Source of the DNA: an uncultured Bacteroidales bacterium
Lineage (GTDB): Bacteria > Bacteroidota > Bacteroidia > Bacteroidales > UBA932
Assembly (NCBI GenBank): GCA_934717185.1
Contig: CAKUYQ010000016.1
Location: 3,162 to 67,161 of the forward strand
Reading direction: 5' to 3'
DNA length: 64,000 nt
This document shows positions 32,259 to 40,608 of the stretch, piece by piece. A program made the position numbers and the translations under genes. Each line of letters opens with the position of its first letter. The stretch's first letter is position 1. The notes under the pieces are model-generated. The model did no database searches and was not told where the DNA came from. It saw only the letters and a list, made by a program, of their open reading frames with translations.

Positions 32259-32325
32259 AGAGGGGAGCAGACTATATAATTGAATCCATTTTTATTAACT
32301 TATTATTAACTAATTAAAGTAACTG

Positions 32326-35300
32326 ATGAAAAACATGCGACTATTGCTTACAGGGCTGTTGTGTTTTATAGCTGTGGGATTTGCATCTGCACAGAATATA
32401 AACGTTACAGGTACTGTTAAGGATGCGACCAACGGCGAGCCGGTTGGTTTCGCGTATGTGCAGATTAAAGGCACTACAACGGGAACTTCCACAAATGACG
32501 ATGGAACATTCTCAATTAAGGCCCCAAAAGACGGAGTCCTTATCTTCTCTTTTGTTGGCTACAAGACCACAGAAGTTGAGGTTAAAGGAAGAACTCACAT
32601 AGACGTTCTAATGGAGAGTGATGCCCTTGAGCTTGACGAGACCCTTGTTGTAGCCTATGGTACACAGAAAAAATCATCATTCGTAGGATCTGCTACCCAA
32701 TTGAAGGGTGAGTCTTTAAAGAAGATGCAGACATCAAACGTTTCCAAAGCACTTGAGGGTGCTGTAGCAGGTCTGCAGACTTCAAGTTCTTCCGGAACTC
32801 CCGGTTCGGGCGCAAGCATACAGATCCGTGGATTTGGCTCTGTAAGTGCTTCGAGAGATCCTCTTATTGTAGTGGACGGTACCCCTTATGAGGGCGGTTT
32901 GAACTCTATTCCGCCTCAGGATATTGAGTCTATTACAGTTCTTAAGGATGCTGCTGCAAACTCTATGTACGGTGCCCGTGGTTCTAATGGTGTTATCATG
33001 ATCACAACCAAGAGAGGTGTAGAGGGTAAAGTTACCATCAACTTTGATGCTAAGGTTGGTGTTAACTCAAGAGCTGTGCCTGCTTACGATGTAATCAGCA
33101 ATCCGGGCCAGTACTATGAGATGGCTTGGGAGGCAATGAGAAACTCTGTTTATTATGCAGGTACAATAGCAGATCTTGCAGAGGCAGGCAGATACGCTTC
33201 AGCTAATCTCATAAATGGTGACGGTGGCTTAGGCCCATATAACATCTATAAGAATGTTGCAGATGATGCCATTATAGACCCAACAACCGGCAAACTCAAT
33301 CCAAATGCCACAACCCGTAAATGGAATGACGACTGGAACAAAGATGTATTCCGTAACGGTTTACGTCAGGAGTACAGTTTGTCTGTATCAGGTGGTTCAG
33401 ACAAGACTCAAGGGTATATGTCTGTTTCTTACCTCGATGATGAGGGATATGTTCCAAAATCTGGTTTCAAGCGTATAGCTGTTAGAACCAAGTTGGATCA
33501 GACTGTTACAAGCTTCATTAAGGCTGGTATCAACCTTGCATACTCAAACACAGATCAGAATAGATATAATGACAATGAGAGTAACAACTACTCAAATATG
33601 TTCATGTTCACTCAGAATATAGCTCCTATCTATCCTATCTACCTTTATGATGAAAACGGTGTACGTCAGTACAATGCAAAGGGTGAGACCCTATACGATT
33701 GGGGTGAGACAGGCCGTGCATACGCACCTACCAGCAACCCTTACGGACAGGCTCTTACATCAAAGGCAAAGGATATTTCAGATAACGTGTCAACAAGAGG
33801 TTATGTGAATGTTAACATATTAAAGGATTTAGTATTCACTGCAAATGTTGCGTACGATGTATTCAACACAAAGAGAGATTACTATACAACTCCAAACGGT
33901 GGTGATGCAAAGAATGTTGGCGGACGTGGTGAACAGTATGGTGAGAGATATACAGCTCTTAATGCCAACCAACTTTTGACATGGTCTCCTTCATTTGGTG
34001 AGCACAATCTTAATGTACTTGTCGGTCACGAGACAAAATCAGACGACAGCTATGTCCTTTACGGTCACATGACAAACTTTGTAAACCCAACTGTAAGTGA
34101 CTTTGCTAATGCAACAGTTTATCAGGATCTGTCATCTTATAGAAGCGATTACTTCCTCGAGGGTGTATTCGGTAGAGTAGAGTATAACTATGCAAACAAA
34201 TACTACTTTACAGCATCATACCGTACAGATGGTTCATCTCGTTTTGCAAAAGATAAACGTTGGGGTAGCTTCTGGGCTGTTGGTGCATCTTGGAATGCAA
34301 AGGCCGAGAACTTCTTAAAGGATGTAGATTGGGTTGAACTTCTAAAGGTTAAGGCAAGTTACGGTACTCAAGGTAACGATAATATTGGTTACACCAAAGT
34401 ATATGAGAATCTATACAGAGTAGACAGGGTAGACGGTAGTGCTTCACTAACGCAGACTTTCCGTGCAGCTCCGGATGTAACTTGGGAGAAATCAAACAAC
34501 TTTAACGTTGGTATTGAGACAAGATTGTTCAACAGATTGTCTGTTAACGTTGAGTACTTCGTTAAAGAGACAAAGGATATGATCTATGCACAGCCTCTTG
34601 CTCCATCACAGGGTACTCCTGCTTCACAGCTTGTGAATGATATGGATATGAAGAATAGCGGTATTGAGTTTGAGATTAGCGCAGATCTGTTTAGAACAAA
34701 AGATTTCTCATGGAATATCTCATTGAACGGAACTCATTACAAGAACAAGATTACAAAACTTCCTTCGGATTATCCTGCAGAGGGTAAGCAGTATGGCGCA
34801 TTCTGGCGTGAAAAAGGCGGTTCACTGTTCAACTACTATATGTATGAGTGGGCCGGCGTAGACCAGACTAACGGTCTTCCTCAGTACTACAAATATGATG
34901 ATAACGGAGAGCGCTCTATTGTTAATACTACATCTGAGGCAACTTACCGCAAAACAGGCAAATCACCTATTCCTGATCTTTATGGTGGTATTGCTACAAC
35001 ATTTACATTCAAAGGCTTTGATTTGAGTGCAAACTTTGCATACCAGATTGGCGGCTATACAATAGACTATGCATATCAGGGTTTGATGTCTGCAGGTAGT
35101 TCAGGTACCAACTGGCATAAGGATATCCTAAACAGATGGACATCTGACAACACCAACACAGGTACTCCTCGTGTTCAGATGAACTATCAGGAGGCAAATG
35201 CTACTTCAACAAGATGGCTTACAAAATCATCTTACTTTAGCATAAGGAACCTTACTTTGGGCTACACAATTCCTCGCAGCATTACAAGCAAGATAGGCTT

Positions 35301-35466
35301 GTCTAATTTGAGAGTATATGTAACAGCAGATAATCTGTTCTATACATCTGCCAGAAAGGGTCTGGATGTACGTAGATCGTTCGAAGGTGGTGCAGGTTCA
35401 GATGATGTTAATTTCACCTATTCAGCTCTTCGTACAATTTCCGGAGGATTGTCTATAACACTATAA
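32326..35466 (+). CDS. SusC/RagA family TonB-linked outer membrane transporter
   Basis: 1046 aa. Signal peptide, carboxypeptidase-regulatory-like domain (INVTGTVKDATNGEPVGFAYVQI), plug (DETLVVAYGTQKK) and a barrel ending in LSITL. Confidence 0.92.
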   Translation: MKNMRLLLTGLLCFIAVGFASAQNINVTGTVKDATNGEPVGFAYVQIKGTTTGTSTNDDGTFSIKAPKDGVLIFSFVGYKTTEVEVKGRTHIDVLMESDALELDETLVVAYGTQKKSSFVGSATQLKGESLKKMQTSNVSKALEGAVAGLQTSSSSGTPGSGASIQIRGFGSVSASRDPLIVVDGTPYEGGLNSIPPQDIESITVLKDAAANSMYGARGSNGVIMITTKRGVEGKVTINFDAKVGVNSRAVPAYDVISNPGQYYEMAWEAMRNSVYYAGTIADLAEAGRYASANLINGDGGLGPYNIYKNVADDAIIDPTTGKLNPNATTRKWNDDWNKDVFRNGLRQEYSLSVSGGSDKTQGYMSVSYLDDEGYVPKSGFKRIAVRTKLDQTVTSFIKAGINLAYSNTDQNRYNDNESNNYSNMFMFTQNIAPIYPIYLYDENGVRQYNAKGETLYDWGETGRAYAPTSNPYGQALTSKAKDISDNVSTRGYVNVNILKDLVFTANVAYDVFNTKRDYYTTPNGGDAKNVGGRGEQYGERYTALNANQLLTWSPSFGEHNLNVLVGHETKSDDSYVLYGHMTNFVNPTVSDFANATVYQDLSSYRSDYFLEGVFGRVEYNYANKYYFTASYRTDGSSRFAKDKRWGSFWAVGASWNAKAENFLKDVDWVELLKVKASYGTQGNDNIGYTKVYENLYRVDRVDGSASLTQTFRAAPDVTWEKSNNFNVGIETRLFNRLSVNVEYFVKETKDMIYAQPLAPSQGTPASQLVNDMDMKNSGIEFEISADLFRTKDFSWNISLNGTHYKNKITKLPSDYPAEGKQYGAFWREKGGSLFNYYMYEWAGVDQTNGLPQYYKYDDNGERSIVNTTSEATYRKTGKSPIPDLYGGIATTFTFKGFDLSANFAYQIGGYTIDYAYQGLMSAGSSGTNWHKDILNRWTSDNTNTGTPRVQMNYQEANATSTRWLTKSSYFSIRNLTLGYTIPRSITSKIGLSNLRVYVTADNLFYTSARKGLDVRRSFEGGAGSDDVNFTYSALRTISGGLSITL

Positions 35467-35477
35467 TTTTAAATGAG

Positions 35478-37001
35478 ATGATTATGAAAAAATATATATC
35501 AATATTAGCTTCAACAGTACTTTTGTTTACAGCCTGCGAGAAGTCTTTTGATGTAGAGAACACCAATCGCATGACCGGAACAGATGCTATTGCAAAAGTT
35601 GAGGAAGATCCTGAATTTCTTACCTCGTACGTAAATGGCTGTTATGCATGGTCAATTGAGTATAACAGCGGTGGTGGAAGCCACGGTGACTTTGGATTCT
35701 TGGGGGTAGTCTATAACACAGATATGATGGGTTTGGATATAGCCATCAAAGGATCATGGAACTGGGGTACATACGATATTAACCATGATTATGGTGCATA
35801 TAACTACAGACGCCCTTATCAGTTCTGGAACTTTTTCTACACCCAGATTAAAAAGGCTAACGAGATTATAGATATGTTTGGAGAAGAAGATCCAACAGAT
35901 TCAAATCTAAAAGGATGGCTTGGACAGGCATACGCCCTTAGAGCATTTGGATATACTTATCTTATACAGCTTTTCCAGGATCCTGTTGAGGGAACTACCC
36001 CTAATGCAAAATTTAGGGATTCTGCCCCTGCAGTTCCAATTATCTACTCTGTAAGAGATGGTAAATCAAATGAGGAGGCAGCACAGGTTGGTGGACGTAA
36101 CACAATGGCAGATCTTAAGACAGAGATTGAGCGTAATATAGAGAAAGCTCTTCCTCTTCTTCAAGGCTATAAGAGGGCTTCCAAAAATGAGATCAACTAT
36201 GAGGTTGCTCAGGGTATAGCAGCACGCTACTACCTTCTTACCCAGCAATGGAGCAAAGCTATTTCAGCTGCTCAGGCTGCTCAGAATGGCTTTGATATAA
36301 TGGATCAGACCCGTCTTCTTTCGGGCTTTATGGAGATAGAGGACGCAGAGGTTATGTGGGGATTCAACCATACAACCGAGACTATGACATCATACGCTTC
36401 ATTCTTCTCACACCTAAGTAACGACAGCCCGGGTTATGGTGGAGTAGGCCAGTCTATTCACTGTATAGACCGCAGTTTGTATGATCAGATTCCTGCTACA
36501 GACTATAGAAAGGATCTGTTTAATGATGAGAACGGTGATCCTAATGCAGAAATGACAGGTGCAAAGATGGCATACGCTGCAAGAAAATTCGGCTATGCTG
36601 CCTCATGGTTGCAGGATTACATCTATATGCGTAATGCAGAGATGGTTCTTATAGAGGCTGAGGCTCATGCACGTCTTGCAGACGGTCAGGCAGCTTCAAC
36701 TCTTGCAAAACTTATGGCAAAAAGAGATCCTGCATGGTCTGCATCTAATGTTACTGTAGACGATGTTCTTCTCCAGAGAAGAATTGAGTTGTGGGGCGAG
36801 GGCTTTGAGTACTTCGACCTAAGACGTAACGGTATAACAGTTAACAGAAAATATGAGGGCACTAACCATGCAGCAGCTGCTCAGTATGAATTCCCTGCTC
36901 ATAGCGCAAGCTGGAATTTCCAGATTCCTAGACAGGAGATGCAGAATAATATGTACATCACAGAGGATGAACAGAATGATTGGGTAACAGGCGCTATGTA
37001 A
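35478..37001 (+). CDS. SusD/RagB family nutrient-binding outer membrane lipoprotein
   Basis: 507 aa with lipobox LLFTAC. The C-terminal RRIELWGEGFEYFDLRR motif is characteristic of the RagB/SusD family. The start may be M3 (35484). Confidence 0.88.
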   Translation: MIMKKYISILASTVLLFTACEKSFDVENTNRMTGTDAIAKVEEDPEFLTSYVNGCYAWSIEYNSGGGSHGDFGFLGVVYNTDMMGLDIAIKGSWNWGTYDINHDYGAYNYRRPYQFWNFFYTQIKKANEIIDMFGEEDPTDSNLKGWLGQAYALRAFGYTYLIQLFQDPVEGTTPNAKFRDSAPAVPIIYSVRDGKSNEEAAQVGGRNTMADLKTEIERNIEKALPLLQGYKRASKNEINYEVAQGIAARYYLLTQQWSKAISAAQAAQNGFDIMDQTRLLSGFMEIEDAEVMWGFNHTTETMTSYASFFSHLSNDSPGYGGVGQSIHCIDRSLYDQIPATDYRKDLFNDENGDPNAEMTGAKMAYAARKFGYAASWLQDYIYMRNAEMVLIEAEAHARLADGQAASTLAKLMAKRDPAWSASNVTVDDVLLQRRIELWGEGFEYFDLRRNGITVNRKYEGTNHAAAAQYEFPAHSASWNFQIPRQEMQNNMYITEDEQNDWVTGAM

Positions 37002-37035
37002 TTAATTAGCCAACAAGTACTTAGTTGGTTTTATG

Positions 37036-37073
37036 CTTCCCGACAGAATAACTTTTTGTCGGGAAGTTTGTTT
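37036..37073 (+). terminator. intrinsic terminator after susD2, built from an inverted pair of the CTTCCCGACA motif
   Basis: Perfect 10-bp stem cttcccgaca / tgtcgggaag (37036..37045 and 37057..37066), an 11-nt loop, then tttgttt. Confidence 0.75.
37046..37073 (+). repeat. 28-bp repeat B, copy 2
   Basis: gaataactttttgtcgggaagtttgttt, identical to the reverse complement of 27040..27067. Confidence 0.9.
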
Positions 37074-38370
37074 ATTGATTGTTTCTGTTGTATTTCTCAA
37101 AGAAGTTGTTCTCTATATTGTACCACTCCTTTCTGTTGAAGTCTTTTGGCATGGTGTACAGATAGTACTCTTTGGATGATGGTATGAGATTGTAGATGAA
37201 AAAGTTGTTTAGAGGATGACTCTCGCTCTCCTGCAATCCTATCTCTATTAAAAACGGAGCGTTAAGGGCTTTTGCTATATATGGAAATCTGAATTTGGTG
37301 CTGTTGAGCAGTTCATCTGTAAACAGCGGAGCGTATGTTGCGCATCCGCCAATCCTTTTGTCTGTTGCCGCAATGGTTGTTGCAATTACTGCTCCTTTGC
37401 CGCAACCCTCCGTAAAGATTTTATCTTTGTCTGTAATCCTCTTGCTGTCAATAAAATCTACTACCATAGACGCATCTCTGCAGAGCTGCAGATAGTCTGT
37501 ATCTTGTGTGCTTTTTATAACAACAAACTCAATCAGATTGGGATTGTCGTTTGGATTAACAGCGCATTCATTCTCTTTGCAGTAGTCAAACCGTATTACA
37601 GTAGGATGGCTTCTTTTCTTTACAAGTGAGAATACACCATCTTTTGGCACAAAGTAGTAACCTTTTATTGTGCGGTTGTTTTTGGCCGGAATCTCAACCA
37701 AATACATTTTCCGTTCTTTGTTATCTGATGATTTTATTTTTGTAATCCTATAGTCCTGCTTCACAACCAACGGCTTGTTGTTTATGGCAGATGCCAGGGA
37801 ATCGCAATATTTTGCGGCTGCCTCTTTGGATACCTCCTTCATATTTGGAAATCTTCCTAATCCAGATTCGCTGTCTATCCTCTGCGGCTCGTATGCTATG
37901 TTGTACCTGTAGTAGAAATGTACCCCCGAATCTTGCTGGTTTCTTATCTCAACATTGTATATTCCCGGCAACGGTGAGTTAAATGCAAATGAGATAAGAG
38001 TACTGTCTCCGCTGTCTATAGATGTCTCCTGTACAAATGAGTAGAGTGGCTTGCCGGGGAGCTGTTCAATATTGCATTTTATGTTAAACTTTTCTTTCTT
38101 GTAGTTTGTGTTGACTGCAGATAATGAGACTTTCGGGCTTTCACTTCCGTAGTATACCCAAGAACTGTTCATATAAAGGTAGTAGATGAAATCCCCTTTT
38201 ATGAATTTTAGTTTATCTTTTGTCCTTATTGGCTCTTCGTAGGCTTTCTGATACAGCCTTATCTCCTCTCCGTTTCTCTCCTGTGCACTCATTGGATGAT
38301 ACAGTGTGCTGCAAACAAGAGTTGTTGCCAATATTAGTTTAATGGAGTATGTGATCTTCTTTTTTGTCAT
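37072..38370 (-). CDS. secreted CE7/acetyl-xylan-esterase-like alpha/beta-fold protein, nucleophile motif apparently degenerate
   Basis: 432 aa with a signal peptide. The C-terminal half resembles the AXE1/CE7 layout, but GCGKG occupies the GxSQG position. Its start overlaps the murI stop by 4 nt. Confidence 0.4.
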   Translation of the reverse strand: MTKKKITYSIKLILATTLVCSTLYHPMSAQERNGEEIRLYQKAYEEPIRTKDKLKFIKGDFIYYLYMNSSWVYYGSESPKVSLSAVNTNYKKEKFNIKCNIEQLPGKPLYSFVQETSIDSGDSTLISFAFNSPLPGIYNVEIRNQQDSGVHFYYRYNIAYEPQRIDSESGLGRFPNMKEVSKEAAAKYCDSLASAINNKPLVVKQDYRITKIKSSDNKERKMYLVEIPAKNNRTIKGYYFVPKDGVFSLVKKRSHPTVIRFDYCKENECAVNPNDNPNLIEFVVIKSTQDTDYLQLCRDASMVVDFIDSKRITDKDKIFTEGCGKGAVIATTIAATDKRIGGCATYAPLFTDELLNSTKFRFPYIAKALNAPFLIEIGLQESESHPLNNFFIYNLIPSSKEYYLYTMPKDFNRKEWYNIENNFFEKYNRNNQ

Positions 38371-39167
38371 ATCTGCAAGTTTTGGTAATAAGTCTTATGG
38401 TCCTCTGTTGTACTGCTTTTGATTATTGATTCCGCCATGTTTCTCACAAGAGAAAGGTTCTCTCCCGTGCTGCAAAAGGTTGTTGTTCCCGTTGAATCAT
38501 TGTCGGGAAGCAGATTCATGTTTTTTAAAATGTTGGCGGCCCTCTGTGCGACTGCCGGAGCGGGGTTTACTATTTTCATCCGCTTCCCGACAATTTTTCT
38601 TATAGGCTCTATAAGGAAAGGGTAGTGGGTGCACCCAAGAACGAGCTGGTCTGCATTCTGCGCAAGCATTGGGGTTATATATTGAGACAGCAGTGCAAGT
38701 GCCTCTTCTGTATCTGTTTTTCCCTCTTCGACCAACTCTACAAGGCCGTCTCCTGCCTGCTCTATAACTTTCTTGTTGTAGGCGTATATGTTTCTGGTAT
38801 TCTGGTAAAGAGTGCCTTTAAATGTTCCTCTTGTGGCAAGAACACCAATTACTCCTGTCTTTGTATTAAGCGCGGCCGGTTTTACTGCCGGCTCCATCCC
38901 CACTATTGGCAGGGTGTAGAGCTTTCTTAATGTGCTTATAGCTCCTGCGGTGGCTGTATTGCAGGCTATGACAATTATATCTGCCTTCTGTGCAATAAGG
39001 TAGTCGCAGATGACTCTGCATCTGTCTATTATCTCCTCTCTATGCTTTGGACCGTACGGACAATTGCCGGAATCTGCTATGTAGAGATAATTGGCATTGG
39101 GCAGTAACTTTATAAGCTCTTTCCATACGGAAAGCCCACCTACACCTGAATCGAATACGCCTATCAT
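38367..39167 (-). CDS. murI: glutamate racemase
   Basis: MIGVFDSGVGGLSV at the N-terminus, with IVIACNTA and LGCTHYP catalytic-Cys motifs. The ORF track starts at 39236, but the conserved N-terminus begins at 39167. Confidence 0.9.
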   Translation of the reverse strand: MIGVFDSGVGGLSVWKELIKLLPNANYLYIADSGNCPYGPKHREEIIDRCRVICDYLIAQKADIIVIACNTATAGAISTLRKLYTLPIVGMEPAVKPAALNTKTGVIGVLATRGTFKGTLYQNTRNIYAYNKKVIEQAGDGLVELVEEGKTDTEEALALLSQYITPMLAQNADQLVLGCTHYPFLIEPIRKIVGKRMKIVNPAPAVAQRAANILKNMNLLPDNDSTGTTTFCSTGENLSLVRNMAESIIKSSTTEDHKTYYQNLQI

Positions 39168-39273
39168 TTCTTTATTTTTTAGGGTGACAAATATACAAAA
39201 GAAGAAGCTGAATAAAAAGGTAATCGTTTTACACATTCTATTCAGCTTTATCTTTTATCTGTTTAGGAGACCG

Positions 39274-40422
39274 TTATAGTCTTTCGCTAAGTATCTGTTC
39301 TATCTCCTCCTCTGTTGCTCTTCTCTTGATTATTGTTCCGCTCTGGTCTACGAGTACGTTCTGTGGAATATATTTTACCATATATGGTGTGCCTGCTGCA
39401 TTCTCCCAGCCTTTAAGGTCTGAAACATGAGGCCATGTCAGACCATCTTTTTTAATGGCCTCTTCCCATTTTGCCTTGTCTGTATCGAATGATACTCCAA
39501 GCACCTCAAATCCTTTGCTGTGGTATTTCTTGTATATCCTTACAAGAGTAGGGTTAAATGCACGGCATGGACCGCACCAAGATGCCCAAAAATCAAGCAT
39601 TGTAACTTTGTTCTTTGAGTAAACATCTGAGAACTTGATCATTGTTCCGTCCGGAGCTGCCTGCTCAAAATCCGGTGCAACTTTACCGTTTTCAAGAGCT
39701 TTCATGCTCTCGATTGTAGATGCAATTCTCTTTACAATACGGTTCTCCTTAAAGTTGACAGTATCTGCGGCAAATGGTTCAAATGCGGCAAGAAGTTCGT
39801 CTAACTCAAGTGAGTAAAGATCTTCGTCGAGCTTATAGAGTGCAAACAAAGATGTAGGATTGAGTTTTACATAGTTGTTGACAGCATCGCGGAACGCCTT
39901 ATTGATCTCTGCGTCTACCTTTATTATCTCCTCTCTTCTCTCTGCTGTGGTCTCCTCTTTCTGGTATTCATCTATAAGCGCTTCAAAGTTATGCTCCTTC
40001 TGCATGCTAAGCATTATGTTCTCAAGAGAGTCAATAATACCCTGTGTCTTTCCGCCTTTGATTGTGCTTATAGACTCTGTAAATGTTCCCTCTTTAATTT
40101 TTGTGAAATCAAGATCTACAACATAATTCTCATTCTCTACAAACAATCTTGCAAAAGCGTTTCTTTCTTTGCCGGAGAATGCTATGTAGTACATCTCCGG
40201 AGTTGTTACTGTACCTGTAAATACAGCTTTGCCGTTCTTTATGGCAACTGTCTGTTTTATAAGGTCTTCACCTCTTTGATAATTTGTCAGCACCAATGAG
40301 TCAGATGTTATCTGTGTGCTGTCTCCCTGCAAGTTTACAGTAATATTGTAAGATGCAGTGTTGTTTTTGTTAGTGCAGGCAATTGCTAAAATTGCGGCAC
40401 CTATCAATAATAAATGTCTCAT
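39274..40422 (-). CDS. TlpA-family thiol:disulfide oxidoreductase lipoprotein (thioredoxin fold)
   Basis: 382 aa with lipobox LAIAC and an N-terminal beta-rich domain. The C-terminal thioredoxin-like domain carries WASWCGPC. Confidence 0.8.
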   Translation of the reverse strand: MRHLLLIGAAILAIACTNKNNTASYNITVNLQGDSTQITSDSLVLTNYQRGEDLIKQTVAIKNGKAVFTGTVTTPEMYYIAFSGKERNAFARLFVENENYVVDLDFTKIKEGTFTESISTIKGGKTQGIIDSLENIMLSMQKEHNFEALIDEYQKEETTAERREEIIKVDAEINKAFRDAVNNYVKLNPTSLFALYKLDEDLYSLELDELLAAFEPFAADTVNFKENRIVKRIASTIESMKALENGKVAPDFEQAAPDGTMIKFSDVYSKNKVTMLDFWASWCGPCRAFNPTLVRIYKKYHSKGFEVLGVSFDTDKAKWEEAIKKDGLTWPHVSDLKGWENAAGTPYMVKYIPQNVLVDQSGTIIKRRATEEEIEQILSERL

Positions 40423-40547
40423 GTTTAGTTAATGATTTATAAATCTACGTGCGACCAAGTTAGTAATGTTATTTTGAATCTTTACCTAAATCTTTATTTC
40501 TTTAACAATTTTTTAATAATATTGTTGTGCAGATTATAACTATATAA

Positions 40548-40582
40548 TAATAAAAGGGATAGCCGTTTCGCTCGGTTATCCC
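40548..40582 (-). terminator. intrinsic terminator after rpoC
   Basis: The minus strand forms a gggataaccg / cggctatccc hairpin (one G-U pair), followed by TTTTATTATT. Confidence 0.65.
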
Positions 40583-40608
40583 TTTTATCGCTCTGTATAG
40601 CTTGTTTG

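Noticed and set aside
32224-32283. Small ORF MCTIKDCGYGVAEGSRLYN inside repeat A. The other copy would give MCTIKDCGYGVAR.
   Set aside because: The shared peptide ends exactly at the repeat boundary and the two tails differ (13 versus 19 aa). Conservation is better explained at the DNA or RNA level, and nothing else supports coding.
31840-32325. Possible riboswitch (cobalamin or TPP) in the long susC2 leader, since TonB-dependent receptors often carry one.
   Set aside because: I could not find a B12 box, a TPP CUGAGA/ACCUGA core, or any other riboswitch signature I recognise. A covariance-model scan is still needed.
27061-32330. DonS-like cis-antisense sRNA opposite the susC 5' regions, which could explain repeat A.
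   Set aside because: No TAnnTTTG-type promoter is present on the antisense strand near either copy of repeat A. The idea is not supported by sequence alone.
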